Assembly: GCA_045159875.1 (NCBI GenBank)
Contig: CP067995.1
Span: 2,112,001 to 2,176,000, forward strand
DNA length: 64,000 bases
Direction: 5' to 3'
Source: a cyanobacterium endosymbiont of Rhopalodia gibba
GTDB lineage: Bacteria > Cyanobacteriota > Cyanobacteriia > Cyanobacteriales > Microcystaceae
Part shown: positions 11,175 through 23,647 of the stretch, piece by piece
Position numbering within the stretch: position 1 is the first letter of the stretch
Layout: each line of letters begins with the position of its first letter
The notes under the pieces: model-generated
The model's input: only the letters and a program-made list of their open reading frames with translations
Databases searched by the model: none
What the model was told of the DNA's origin: nothing
Made by a program: the position numbers and the translations under genes

Positions 11175-12356
11175 TTAACTATTTCCCGTTCGTTTTAAAA
11201 CATCTTCAGCTGACAGACCATCTCCTTGATAGCCAAAGTACCATAAGGCGGCTGCGGCTTGAGCGCGAGTTACAGTTTTTTTAGGTTGAAATAACATGGT
11301 ATAACCAAAGACACGGCGGACGTTCCCATGTTCTCCATTTTGGAAATCAGCATATAATCCCCGTAATCCTATGGGACCAATTTGAGTAGTATCCTGAAAC
11401 CCCCAAGTTTCTTTAATCCCATCAATAGAAGCTTTAGGTAGACTTCTCCCCATGTCTAAAGGAACTTTCCAAACAATTAAATCAGACCGTGTTAATAATT
11501 CATCAGGACGGAATAAGAAAGTGTCACTGTCTCCTGTAAGATGAGAAGAAATTAACCCTGCCTCGGCTAATCCTTGAATTACGGGAAAATCAGGGTCATT
11601 TGAAGGAACATCACTAAAAGCCGGTTGAGCATTTTTTAGTCCTAAACGGATTTGTTGCTCAGGGGAATCTTGATAAAATTTATTTTTGGACTCGACTAAC
11701 CATCGTGCATATTCTCGACGAGTAATTGGTTCATTAGGGTTAAATTGATTATTTTTTTTTGCAGTTAAAATACCCAAGTTGGCTACGTCTTGAACATAGG
11801 GACGCAAAGCTTCAGGAACTTGATTAATATCAGAAAAATAAGTGGGTTCACTAATAATGGTTGAAAACTGGTCAGAAGAACTATTATTTAATTGAGTCGT
11901 ATTAGCCTGTTTATATTCAAGGGTGAATTCTGTTGTTGATTTTCTAGGAAATAGAGATAGTCTAATTTTTAGATTATCTTTTTGAGCGATCAATAAACTT
12001 TCCTGAGAGTCAGATGAAAAAGGCTGAATAATTTCCCATCTTTGTGACTTTAATTCCCGTTGATAAAAATCCTTAACTTTCTCAGTAGATTCATTAGTTT
12101 TCCAACTGACTGCTCCATTTTTTTGTGTAATTTTTTGAGTTATTTCTTGTAGAGTAGCTTGAGGATATTGGGGAATTTCTGAAGGAAAATAATTTGGAAG
12201 TTTAATGGTTGAATTTTGATGAATTTCTAAATTTTTTGTAAATTTAGGATTTGCAGAAAATCGACCTTCTAACCCTTCGATTCCACTACATGCTGTTAAT
12301 AGTCCTATTAGGGAAACCAAAATACTGTAATGTATCACAACCATAAGCTTAAACAA
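11175..12356 (-). CDS. S-layer homology (SLH) domain lipoprotein
   Basis: Lipobox LTAC; SLH motifs FSDI..GILT...FNPNEPITRREYA, FSDV...FRPDELLTR and FQPKKTVTRAQAAAAL. Confidence 0.9.
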   Translation of the reverse strand: MFKLMVVIHYSILVSLIGLLTACSGIEGLEGRFSANPKFTKNLEIHQNSTIKLPNYFPSEIPQYPQATLQEITQKITQKNGAVSWKTNESTEKVKDFYQRELKSQRWEIIQPFSSDSQESLLIAQKDNLKIRLSLFPRKSTTEFTLEYKQANTTQLNNSSSDQFSTIISEPTYFSDINQVPEALRPYVQDVANLGILTAKKNNQFNPNEPITRREYARWLVESKNKFYQDSPEQQIRLGLKNAQPAFSDVPSNDPDFPVIQGLAEAGLISSHLTGDSDTFLFRPDELLTRSDLIVWKVPLDMGRSLPKASIDGIKETWGFQDTTQIGPIGLRGLYADFQNGEHGNVRRVFGYTMLFQPKKTVTRAQAAAALWYFGYQGDGLSAEDVLKRTGNS

Positions 12357-12419
12357 TATCTCAAAAATTAAGAGTTCGTTTATCTAGACTAACGCATTGC
12401 AGCAAAAGTAGAGGAAGTA

Positions 12420-14520
12420 GATATTATGTTCCTTCTAAATATCTAAAATAGAATTATTCTTTCTTATCTTAAATCTTACTGTTCTTACAAAGCAAGCAAA
12501 ATGATAAGTAAACAGTTTTAAATTTTATTTAAAAACTATAAAATAATTTTTATTTATATACAAAAAAAATATTTAATCATTTTTAAATAGTTTTATTGGG
12601 TCAATACTATGTAATTATTTATTTCAAATTAAGTATGATTATTTTATACTTTTATATTCAATTTTTTTTAGAAAAGAAAAGATATTTAAGTAAATAATTT
12701 TTTTTATATCTTTAATTTTTTTATCAAGCATTAAAAATGTCAAATAAAATTAATTTTTTTATTTTTTTTAATAAAAAAAATTGCCATTTTTTATGTTTTT
12801 TTATCTGTTATAAAAATTTTTTTTATTTTACTAAAATTTTATTTTATTTATATATAAATATAAATAAATACTTTTTTCATTAGAAATGATATTTTTAGAC
12901 ACGAATTAACTCTAAAAAATTTTGCCATTTTAATGGTGTTAACTTAATTTGTAAAAATTAGAAATACTAATATTTAGTGAGCACTTTTTATAACTATTTT
13001 TTTAGTTTACATTGATTTTAATTCATTTTTTTACTCAATTAGTATCGAAGTTAAACTCTAGTAATAAAAAAATATTAACTAATATTTTTTTATTACTAGT
13101 AAATATAAAAAATATTTTTTTAACAGATTCATTAAACTATTCGGCAAATAAATTATATCTTTTTAAAATTCACTATTACAAGCTCATAACAAGAAAAATA
13201 TTTTTTTTTATATATAATAAGTCTATTATTTTTCTAAAATAAAGTCATAAAAAAAATATTAAAAATTATTATTCTTGTTTAAAACAAATAAAATTGATAT
13301 TTTATTTGATCTTTTATAGTAAATTATATAGCTAATAGACTAGATAATATTTCTCTAGAATTTAATGCAAATAAACTTTGTATGTAAAATTAAAAACATA
13401 GAAAAATCTAATTTTTAATAATAAATTTGTAAAAATAATTATCATATATACAATAATATATATATATACAATAATATTTTTTTGAAAATAGAATTTCAAT
13501 GAAATAGATATTGTTTTTTGATTGATATCTATAGCGTTAAATGTTTAAAAAATTAGATTATATATTGAAAATATTTAACAAATATACATTGTTAAATATA
13601 AAATAAAATAGAAATGTACTCAACATAAACTCTTATTTATTGTGGTTAAACAAGTAGTAAATTTAATTAAAATAATGAGTTAATTGTTATAGATTTGTCT
13701 TTGAGAGAAAAAGTTTTCTACTTTAAAATAAATCTTTACACACAAAATGTAATTTATTTATAAATAAATTTACATAAAAGTTAGCTTTTTTTAAAAAAAG
13801 CACATATTTTATATATTTAAATATTTTTAATTAAAATTTTATAAATATAAAAAAATGCGGCAACTCTTTAAAAAATAAAAACAATACTTAAGAGCATTAA
13901 TTAGACAATATATAAGTATGAATTTTAATATTTTAAATAGTTAACACTCAATTAAATTATTTTAACTAAAAGAAAAATAATTTAATATTTAATATTAGTA
14001 TATTTAAAGAAATTAAAAGAGTAAGTAGAGAAATAATACGAACATAGAAATAGCAATGAATAGTAAAAGACTCAAAAAATAAATTTTTATTTTATTTTTT
14101 TAAAAAAATTATATTTTTAGTTACTTGATATGAATAAAATTTTACTTTAAAAAATTAGATAAACAAATAAAGCTAAATTAGCAACATAAAGCCTAACTAA
14201 TTAGGCATAAAATACACTAATTTAAAACCAATTCAAATTATTTTTAATGGTAGTTACCAGGATTATTAAAGTTAGCTAATTAATATCAAAGAATATACAT
14301 TATTCCTAATATAGGAAAAATAAACGTTGAACTAAATAAATTACTGTCTATTTTTCTTGATAAACAAACCCAGGCATAGTAGAAGGTATTAACAATAAGT
14401 GATTTATCAAAATAAATTTATTGATTCCATTTAATAACTTAATGAGTCATCTTCAGTAAAAAACTTAATTCTTGCCAACTTCGTTTAAGTCTTGATTATA
14501 TTAATTTAATATAATTAAAT
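12420..14520. other. Extremely AT-rich non-coding desert (fully eroded DNA)
   Basis: Long A/T homopolymers, short palindromes (13751-13770, 13784-13801), a tandem duplication near 13445-13477, and no credible ORF. Confidence 0.75.
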
Positions 14521-15368
14521 TATATTTTTTTTATATATTTTCTATAAATTTTAGATTCTTAAAGTCTTTTAAGTGAACGATTGTTCTCTATTTCTAGACT
14601 TTCAACTGAATAGTATTTTTTATTTAAAATTATAGTTTTTTAGTCATCTTTGTCATTAAACTCAATATCTCATATGAACGATCACAGCCTAAATATTTAA
14701 ATTTAGCTATCGGAACTTGTATTTTGATAATTTCTTTTTTTTATTAGCTTTCTACTTTTTATTCTCAACGCTCAAGCGATCACTTTATGCTTTCACACAC
14801 CTCATGTTTAAGTTTGTTTTTTAAAGTGTGACTCTTACATCCACAATCATATTTTTTAAAAAAAGTTCGACATAAGAATTTTATTTAGACAATCAGAAAA
14901 AAAATGAAGGTATAAAACTCTAATTTTTTTGACGATAAAATTAGAGTTTTGACCTTTAAACTTGGTATAAATCTCTTTATAACCTTGAAGACGTACTCAA
15001 ATGCAATTACTGAATCTATTAGTAGAACACCAGCTTTTTTTTGACCTTGAAGATAGATTAAGACAAGAACTTTATTACAGCCTTAACTATAAATATATTT
15101 TTTGTCCCTAGCAGGATATTATTTTTTTCTATTTTCATACAAAACTTCATACCATACAACAAAAAATTTCTTAAAATTCTATTTGTACATTCTACAAATT
15201 ACAGAATTTTTTTTATATAATTATTTTTATTTAAATATTTTAGAAACTAACTTCTTCCATAAATAGGGAATAACACCCATGCACCCGTTATCTGTCTCCT
15301 ACTCAAAATTATAATGACCTGAAATAAATTTAACCTAAGATAAAAGAATTGGACTCTGATTTTCCATT

Positions 15369-15539
15369 TCAGGTCGTTATAATCAGATCTCAAATTAGAT
15401 TCTCTCGCATAATTAACTTTTACAAAATATATAAAAAATAGTTAACAACTGATCTTCAGTCTAAACATTAAAATTTAATTTGTAAACACTGAATCTAGAA
15501 TTGTTATGCTAATCACAATTTAAAAGCATTTGCGTTCAT
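15369..15539 (-). pseudogene. nblA2: Phycobilisome degradation adaptor NblA2-like, decayed
   Basis: MNANAFKL*LA*QF*IQCLQIKF*CLD*RSVVNYFLYIL*KLIMRENLI*DLI, collinear with NblA2-type sequence (EAFNLSLEQKFQLQCLQ...VRDNLIRDL). Confidence 0.85.
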
Positions 15540-15585
15540 AGTAAACTTCTTTACTTGCAGCCTATATTACTAATTAACTTAGTAG

Positions 15586-15750
15586 TTAATTGGACAAATT
15601 ACGTACAATATTTGTCTTGATCATTAGTAGCTATGACTCCTACATCAGAAATTCTAAAGCTTGTTCTTGATTTATTTTAACCGCTGCATCTTACATCTAC
15701 TTTATTCTTAACTGTTACGTTAAGCTTAAATTGGTAAATTTCGACTTCAT
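15586..15750 (-). pseudogene. nblA1: Phycobilisome degradation adaptor NblA1-like, decayed
   Basis: MKSKFTNLSLT*QLRIK*M*DAAVKINQEQALEFLM*ES*LLMIKTNIVRNL, matching NblA1-type MQDA.A.ISQEQALELL.QASRLLMIKSNVIRDL; GAGG RBS upstream. Confidence 0.88.
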
Positions 15751-16346
15751 ATAGACCTCTTAAAAAGAATCAAAACTTCATTCGTCCTACCCTAATAAAG
15801 TTAATCTCACAAAGGTATTTTTTTAACATAACGCAATGTAACTAAAGCTTAACAAAATACCTAGCTTATAGGTTTTCAACTGGACGAATTTTTAGTTTTG
15901 ACAGTTTTCTGTACTAAATTAATAACCTCTATGAGTTGATATAACACACACCTAACATTATTTTTAGCAAGATCTTTTTTGAAATTTTACTCAGCACGAA
16001 CGAAATATTAAGTATATCTACTCGAAAAATCAGAAAATTTGAATAACTTTCTTTCAAATCATTTGACGAATACTGTAAAGAATCTGTAATAATCTAAGAG
16101 GGCAGTGTATTTTGAAGTCCCTATTCATTGGCAGAACTGTTCAAGATTGAAACAAAATCGTCAGTGATCACCCCATCAGCACAGTTAGAGGTAAGGCAAT
16201 TTTGACAGTACAAGCCAATATTACTAACGACAATCTGGGTTTTCTGGAAATGCGTCTCCGGAAAATTTCTGGAGAGATTTTTACGTAAGTCATATTCGAT
16301 ATGGCTGAGTCAGTGCTAAACCAATGAGTTTTTTCTAAACCAATCA

Positions 16347-16832
16347 ATGGAGATATGTCCTATGCCCATTCGTTTATATGTCGGTAACTTACCCAAAGAA
16401 CCTATCGAACGCCAAGCTTTACAAGAAATGTTTGCTGATGCTGGTGAAATCATGTCCACAAAAGTAATTAAAGATCGCAAAACGGGAAAATGCCGAGGGT
16501 TTGCTTTTGTCACTGTAGCCACAGATGAATTGGCTGATGCGTTTATTGAGAAATATAACGGTCAACCTTTCATGGACAGTTCTCTCAAGATTGAAAAAGC
16601 CCTACCGAGAGCTAAAAATACAGGCAAAGAAGAAACCCAAGAGGAAAACTTGACCCCAACTTCGGCTTCGGCTCCGTCTCCGAAGTCATCAGTGAAAAAA
16701 GATGGTGCAAAAAAACGGTCTCGTACTCAAAGCAGTGGCAGTAGTCCCTCTGGCGATAGTTTTCAACCTGATCCCCGTTGGGCTGATGAGTTAGCTAAGC
16801 TTAAAGAAATGCTGGCTACTTCATCTAATTAG
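16347..16832 (+). CDS. rbp3: RRM RNA-binding protein, Rbp3 type (start may be 16362)
   Basis: RLYVGNLP (RNP2), RGFAFV (RNP1), C-terminal QPDPRWADELAKLKEML; upstream of rpiA as in Synechocystis. Confidence 0.88.
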   Translation: MEICPMPIRLYVGNLPKEPIERQALQEMFADAGEIMSTKVIKDRKTGKCRGFAFVTVATDELADAFIEKYNGQPFMDSSLKIEKALPRAKNTGKEETQEENLTPTSASAPSPKSSVKKDGAKKRSRTQSSGSSPSGDSFQPDPRWADELAKLKEMLATSSN

Positions 16833-16954
16833 AAGAATGTTAGGGTAAAGGATGGGTTGATAAACAATGATTGATTAAGTAATTACTCATCCTCTATTCT
16901 TGAAGTTGAAATCTAAAAACCCAGATAAATAGTCTGCTGTTAAGGAGTTTAGCC

Positions 16955-17665
16955 ATGTCAATGACCAATGATCCTGTTGTGCTCATGAAACAAGAGGTGG
17001 GAAAGGCCGCCGTTGCCCGTGTTCAATCTGATTCCATTGTCGGGTTAGGCACAGGCTCGACGACAGCCTATGCCATTCAATACATTGGAGAACGCCTCAA
17101 ATCGGGAGATTTAAAAAATATTGTTGGGGTGACGACTTCCTTTCAAGGAGAAGTCCTAGCCAGAAAATACAATATTCCCCTGACTACCCTTGATGTGATT
17201 GATCACATTGACATTGCAATTGACGGCGCTGATGAAGTTGATCCGCAGAAAAATTTAATTAAGGGAGGTGGTGCTGCTCACACTCAAGAAAAAATAGTAG
17301 ATAGCTTAGCCAGATTTTTTATTGTGGTAATTGATAGTAATAAGCTAGTAGATAAATTGGGCTCAACTTGTCTCTTACCCGTAGAAGTAATCCCCAAAGC
17401 GTTAACTCCTGTTATGCGTCAATTAGAACAACTGGGAGGAAAACCAGAACTCCGAATGGGAGTCAAAAAAGCTGGACCTGTGATTACAGATCAGGGAAAT
17501 CTAGTTATTGATGTCAAATTTGAAGAGATTAACAAGCCAGAAATCTTGGAAGTTACCATTAACAATATTCCAGGGGTACTAGAAAACGGTTTGTTTGTTG
17601 GAATGACTGATTTGGTCTTAGTAGGAGAAATTATCAACGGTAGGCCGATAGTACGGGAACTATAA
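16955..17665 (+). CDS. rpiA: Ribose-5-phosphate isomerase A
   Basis: GLGTGST, DGADE and KGGGAA motifs. Confidence 0.97.
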   Translation: MSMTNDPVVLMKQEVGKAAVARVQSDSIVGLGTGSTTAYAIQYIGERLKSGDLKNIVGVTTSFQGEVLARKYNIPLTTLDVIDHIDIAIDGADEVDPQKNLIKGGGAAHTQEKIVDSLARFFIVVIDSNKLVDKLGSTCLLPVEVIPKALTPVMRQLEQLGGKPELRMGVKKAGPVITDQGNLVIDVKFEEINKPEILEVTINNIPGVLENGLFVGMTDLVLVGEIINGRPIVREL

Positions 17666-17697
17666 ACTATAGCTGCTTTTTCTTAATTAACATCGAT

Positions 17698-17723
17698 CCC
17701 CCCGTTTCTCACAAACGAGGGGA
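17698..17723 (+). terminator. GC-rich hairpin after rpiA
   Basis: cccccgttt-ctcac-aaacgagggg. Confidence 0.45.
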
Positions 17724-18295
17724 GCTGTGCCGCTGAACTGTTCTTTAGTCTATGTCAAGACAATCACATTTAATAGAATTTGTGTGTCATGGAGGATAAA
17801 CAGTAAAAATTAAAATTGTAAAAAAAAATATTTATCCCCGATTTGAGGACATCAAGGACCAAAAGATTTCCAATTTAGATAATAACTCCGTACATCTTGA
17901 TAAAGATAAAAATTATAAACATCAAATAATCCTGTAATTGTGCAGCAAGTAGTGCTTATAGTCGATATTCCTTGAATCAATAGACTTAAATAGGATAGCT
18001 ATCATCAAAACCCTCAGCAGTTCTGCTGTTTATAGTTAACTAGGCTCAGTAACTCCAGCAAAAAACCGAAATATTTCATATCCTTATTAAGGATTCTGGC
18101 GGATATTTATCAAGTAATAGGCTCGAACTTGGTTCATTGTCTGTCCGATGATATTTATAAAATCCAGTCTAATCTTGATAGAAGATTATGGTATAAAATC
18201 GATTTTATCTGAGTTATTTGAACTTTATGGGAGATAGGAGAACTTTTTCATCGAGTATAGACCCTCCCTGTTCTGTGATCTCTGTTATTTTGAAG

Positions 18296-19647
18296 TACTT
18301 TCTGTTCTCACGGTCAACACTTGAGGGGGAGTAGCATCAGGGGAATAGAGAAAATTTGTCCTGACCAGTTTCCATAGTTTTGGAAAAATCGTTTGTTTAA
18401 CAAGGGGTTTGCCAATTTTTTTATATGTTGAACGATATGAAAATAACGGGTTTGCCAAGTCTGCATTTGATCAAGATAAAAGATAACGGACGCTAATTGG
18501 TCCCCGAAAAAAAACTGTAAAGTAGGGAGATCAAGGAAACTTAACTCTCCAATTAGTTTATCCCGTTAAACGGGAGTTTGTAATGTCACTGTAACTGCTT
18601 GAGGGTTTACAGTGGGGTTATAAAAAGAGAGTGTCAGGCTATAGTGTATTACGTAATTACCATGAACTTGATAAGTGGTGTTAGGATAACAGACTAACAT
18701 AGAAGAACTTTCCACTTGCTTGGTACCTAGAGTTTTTCCTTGTAGAGAGCTTAATCGCTAAGAGATAGCTGAAGCTTCAGGAGGAATGGCTAACCAATTT
18801 CCTCGATTTGTTCGTCTTCCTTGCCAGATAGAGCCTTGAGAGACACCTACCACTTGACTACCACTCGACTATAAATCATGGGTTCAATTCCAGGGGAAGT
18901 CACCAAATTTCTATTTTGTAGAACTATTTTCCATTCTTGTGGAGTAAGTTGTCGTTCTTCTCCATTTTTATCAAAAGGAGCCAATTTCGCTAAACTTGCT
19001 ACATAGACATTACCATTAGTATCAAAACGAACATGAGCAGACCGTCCGTTTAAAAGAAGATCTAGAGCTTTAACAAAAATAAGCAAATTCACTTTCGACT
19101 TTGCCTTCCATCAATGAGCAAATAAGGAGGAACAATGTTCTGGCAGTGACGGCGTAAAATATCCCTATCCCTCATTACACAACTTCCAGCCCCTGCATAC
19201 AGAATTCCCAATTCCCAGGGAATCTTTGTCCTGAGACGGTAATTTGACAAATGGAGCATCAGTTCGACTAAGATAACTAGCTCCGTGGAGAATTTTCAGG
19301 TTAATCTGGGTCTTGTGGGTATTCTAGAGTAGAATCCTTAAGTATAGAGTACTTAAATTATTATAAACCTGGGCTTTTGCTATATGCTGGAAAAAATATC
19401 GAATGTTCCAGCATATAGCAAATTTAAATGGGCATTTCTATAGGTTTTCCCTTGAGGAGAAAAGGTGTACAGTAAAATTCCTTCATTTAGCACTAATTTA
19501 GGACTATTACTATTAAAAAACGGAATCCAATTTAACTTTCCAGGTAAAAGATAAACCTGGTGAGGTTGAACAGTCTCTTGAGAAGACTCAGAGGAAATCA
19601 GAGGAGTTTAGGCAAAGATTAAGAAAGGGAATTACTATTTTATGCAT
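18296..19647 (-). pseudogene. DUF3370-family protein, decayed
   Basis: Fragments LPGKLNWIPFFNSNSPKLVLNEGILLYTF; ILHGASYLSRTDAPFVKLP; GNVYVASLA (ORF 18847-19092); TYQVHGNY; C-terminal LYSPDATPPQVLTVRT. Stops and frameshifts throughout. Confidence 0.85.
19376..19422. repeat. Perfect 17-bp inverted repeat inside the DUF3370 pseudogene
   Basis: tttgctatatgctggaa-N13-ttccagcatatagcaaa. Confidence 0.9.
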
Positions 19648-20404
19648 CCAAACTTTTCACGCCACTTTTTGAAGTAGGTGAAAGATTTATGGATAAATAT
19701 TGTCTAACTGACGGTCAGATTTTTGGGTTTATCAGGACATTATCCTAAATAAAATTCTAACAATGCTTAAAATTACAATAAAGTTTTAACAGTAATTATT
19801 TAATTAGGGAATTTTACAGTAGAGTGGCATTATCCTCATGATATCGCTCCAATGTCATCTTCTATCTTCTTAATAGTTATTAGTCAAGTTAACTCTAGAC
19901 TAGGGTAGTAATGTCTTGATGACTATTTATTAACCGCTGATGGTTAAGTATTTCCAGTAGACTCAACTTATTGATCTACAACTAATGGATCGAGTAACTA
20001 GTATCCCGACAAGGAAACCTTCAATCGGGACATTAGCCTCTGAAATTCCTAAATAAGTTTTAAAACTTAACTCTAACCAGACTTATCCACTTTTCTCTAG
20101 GAAATGGCTGACATTAGTAACTAATGAAGTTCTCTATCAACTTAGAGCTGATAGTCTAATGTTTAACTTAACCACATAGGGTTAACCAAGGTTCTATGTA
20201 AAGGGAAATATGGACCAAAGTATAGTCAATATCAGAGAAGTGATAAGACCATCTCCCGAAACTTATGGCTAAACTTGCGTAGCTAACGTTTTTACCTTAA
20301 TATATTTCTCTGGGAGCAAGAGAAATCTTTTTTGACGTTACCTCCTAAGAACTTGAATACCATTCAAAATTTATTAGACATTAGAGATTAACTTCCATTA
20401 GCTC

Positions 20405-20434
20405 TAATTTACACATATTAATATGTGTAAATTA
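20405..20434. repeat. Perfect 30-bp palindrome
   Basis: taatttacacatatt|aatatgtgtaaatta. Confidence 0.9.
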
Positions 20435-21224
20435 ATATGTGCAAGAAAGCATTTACGTCCCTAATAGACTTCTATTACTAGACTTTAATGATGCTTACTG
20501 GGGTAATCATCCATATGTTTAGCCCTTACTCAAACAATACGGTTCAATACGGTTATTCGACTGTATTCTTAGTGCTTATCAGGCAAATGGAAGATAAAAA
20601 TAAACAAGCCGATTCAACCCGGCCACAACCTTGAAAAATGACTAACAATTTGTTAGTAACTATTGCTTTTTAAGACTATAAGTCATCTCCCTTATTTAAG
20701 GCAGTTGTCAGATAATTAACTATTTCGGCAAGTAATTAACTCTAAAAAAATCTTAAATAAGAATTTAAATTTCCTATCTGTTATTTTACCTATTCTAGAG
20801 AAAGAGCAGAACGTTCGTTAGTTTTAATTAGTAATTGCTTGGCTAAATTTATTTTTTTTCTTAATTTCAATAAACTCTTAATAGATGCCTAAGTTAAATT
20901 AAATTCCAAATAACTAGTAAGATGTGTTTTTGTAAAAGCTGCCCAGTCGGTGATGTCTATGAAGCACAACCTGTAAAAATTTTGGTAATTTGTTTGATTT
21001 TACTATACTTAGACGTCGAGCTTTCTGAGGGATTAATCAATCGAGACAGTCCATAATTGGAGTCTTTAAAAATTCAGTGAATTTGAGAAGTAGTAATGTT
21101 TAGATTAGGGGACAAGTATCTTCTTAGGTTATTAAAGAGAATCTTTAGTTTGTTATATTCCTCGTCCTATCTTCCATATGGTGATATTTATATCAGGAAT
21201 TCTCACCTCAGTAAATTTGGTAGA

Positions 21225-21600
21225 ACCACACTTATTAGAAAAGAATCGATAAAATGAATTCCTGTAAATTGTCCTTTGCGAGTAGGTAGAGAACAGTACA
21301 GTAACACCATTGCCTAGGGTATAAGCTCTACAAAACTATGATAGCCGACCAAATTGAAAAATACTTTTTCTTAATAGATAAGTATCTGTAATGTATAACT
21401 CCTTTTAAAGGTTCAATATCATGACCAATAACAAGCGATTACAATAGTCACAACTTTACCTATTTTTCAATAAAAATGGCATTTTTTTCTTAAAATGCTA
21501 TCAATTAAAGAACAGAATAACAATGTTACTCAATTGATAAAAATCATCTAGATAACTAAAAAATTCAGTAAACTAGAAATGAGATTGTATGTCTATAGTA
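21225..21600 (-). mobile_element. IS982-family transposase 5' remnant
   Basis: Minus strand reads FTEFFSYLDDFYQL...KVVTIVIACYWS*Y*TFK...NLVGYHSFVELIP*AMVLLYCSLPTRKGQFTGIHFIDS, matching the IS982 N-terminus (EIFCDVDDF; EVMTIVI.FH.SGYRTFK; LVSYNRFVEL; TGISFIDS). Confidence 0.82.
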
Positions 21601-21734
21601 CCAGACCTCAATAGATTTAGTTTCTCTTTTTCTGTTTAATTTTTTATCAGAAAATCAGCTTTCAAGTTTGATATTCAATTTTTTAGTCTAGCTAAAATAT
21701 TTGTGTTATATTAGCCGGGATTAAAAAACAGTTA

Positions 21735-23075
21735 CTAAGCTAAATTACCTGTCAAACTAAACGCACGAGTTTCAGTAATTCTCACTTCAACAATTTGACC
21801 TTTTAATTGATTAATATTCCCCCTAAAAAAGGTTAAACGATTACCCTGAGTTCGCCCCATCACTTGGGTTTTATCTTGTGGGTTTTGTCCTTCTACTAAT
21901 ACCTTTTCTATACGTCCTAAATACCGTTGTGATCTTTCAGCAGCTTTTTGTGCTACCAAATGATTGAGACGTTGTAGGCGCTCGCTCTTAACGTCTTCAC
22001 TTAATTGATTCTCCCACAAGGCTGCAGATGTTCCAGGACGGGGAGAGTAAGCTGCTGTATTGAGTTGATCAAATCCAATATCAGCGACCAATTTTAAAGT
22101 CTTCTCGAATTGTTTTTCTGTTTCCCCAGGAAACCCCACAATAGCATCAGCACTAATGGAAGCGTCGGGCATAAGGTCCCGAATTTTAGAAATAATTCGG
22201 CGATATTTCTCTTGGGTATAGCCACGTTTCATAGCTTTGAGTATTTCATTATCTCCTGACTGAAAGGGAATATGGAAGTGTTCGCATACCTTAGATAACT
22301 CTTGACAAGCAACTATTAAACGTTCGGTAAAATAACGAGGGTGACTTGTCGCAAAACGAATGCGCTCAATTCCAGGAACATCATGAACAGCATAAAGTAA
22401 ATCTGTTAGGGTGTGTCGATGTCTGCCTGTTTGTAGCACTCCCGGTAAGTCTCGTCCATAGGCATCAATGTTTTGTCCTAAGAGGGTAACTTCTTTGTAT
22501 CCTTGTTTTCCTAAAACTTTTATCTCTGTTAGAATCTCTTCTGAAGTTCTCGACTGTTCCACACCACGTACAGTAGGAACCACACAATAAGTACAACGTT
22601 CATTACAGCCATAGATAATATTAACCCAAGCAGTAATCATACTTTCTCTACGGGGTTTTGTAATATCTTCAACAATATAGATGGGTTCAGTTGCAACTAC
22701 TTGATTCCCCTCAGATACCTGTTGTAGTAAATCTTCTAGACGATTAGCGTGTTGGGGTCCCATCACTAAGTCTAATTCAGGAACCCGACGTAGGATTTTT
22801 TGTCCTTCTTGCTGTGCGACACAACCAGCCACTACTAAGGTTAAACTGGGGTTTTGATGTTTTCGTTTGGCCTGTCTTCCTAAGTACGAATAGACTTTCT
22901 GTTCGGCATTATCCCGAATAGTACAAGTATTGTAGAGAACTAAATCAGCGTTGTCAGGATTTTCCGACCAAATGAAACCTATGTTTTCGAGAATACCTGC
23001 CATGCGTTCTGAGTCAGCTTTGTTCATCTGACAGCCAAAGGTAGTTATGTGGTAGTAACGTTGGGAAGAAGCCAT
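21735..23075 (-). CDS. miaB: tRNA-2-methylthio-N6-dimethylallyladenosine synthase MiaB
   Basis: [12 protein letters not shown], radical-[13 protein letters not shown]-terminal TRAM domain. Confidence 0.97.
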   Translation of the reverse strand: MASSQRYYHITTFGCQMNKADSERMAGILENIGFIWSENPDNADLVLYNTCTIRDNAEQKVYSYLGRQAKRKHQNPSLTLVVAGCVAQQEGQKILRRVPELDLVMGPQHANRLEDLLQQVSEGNQVVATEPIYIVEDITKPRRESMITAWVNIIYGCNERCTYCVVPTVRGVEQSRTSEEILTEIKVLGKQGYKEVTLLGQNIDAYGRDLPGVLQTGRHRHTLTDLLYAVHDVPGIERIRFATSHPRYFTERLIVACQELSKVCEHFHIPFQSGDNEILKAMKRGYTQEKYRRIISKIRDLMPDASISADAIVGFPGETEKQFEKTLKLVADIGFDQLNTAAYSPRPGTSAALWENQLSEDVKSERLQRLNHLVAQKAAERSQRYLGRIEKVLVEGQNPQDKTQVMGRTQGNRLTFFRGNINQLKGQIVEVRITETRAFSLTGNLA

Positions 23076-23647
23076 AGCGTAGGTTGCAGACTAGATATTT
23101 TTTAGAAGAGTCCAGCTCTCCATTATAAGCTGTTCATCATTTACATGACTTGTCAGAGAAACTAAAATGGATGAAATTAACTAAAATCAGACAGAAAGTA
23201 CATCAAACTTTAAATTAACTTTCAGTGAAGAATATCAACAACTAAGACGGGAAAGATCGCAAATAGTGTAATAGATCTTAGAAAGAATCATTTTTGTATA
23301 TACGTTTAGAATTTCTTTAATTTATTATGGGCTTTTTCAGAGTCGGGGGTCTTAATCGACCCGCAATCTAAGCGGTACAAGCATTATTTTCAAGATTAAC
23401 TAGTCCGGTTAAAAGATTGTTCTACTGTAGAGATTCTACTTTATGGATACATCAGTAACTGGGAGAAATTTAAGTTGTTTGTTGTCTGAGTAGCTAGTTG
23501 TGAGTGTTCCCGGAGAAAAGAAGAATTGCTTAAAAGCAAAAGTAGAGAGTAGCATAAGAGCCTACTCTCTAGCAGATTAACCGAATCAAATAGGAAAAAA
23601 AGAATCACATAATCATAATTGAAATGCCCTTTTCCTGAAATCTGAGA

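Noticed and set aside
13012..13242. 76-aa ORF in the AT desert
   Set aside because: Composition (I, N, K, F, L) simply reflects AT-rich DNA.
19840..20640. Possible phosphotransferase pseudogene (LLDFNDAYWGNHPY)
   Set aside because: A single weak motif, insufficient for a family call.
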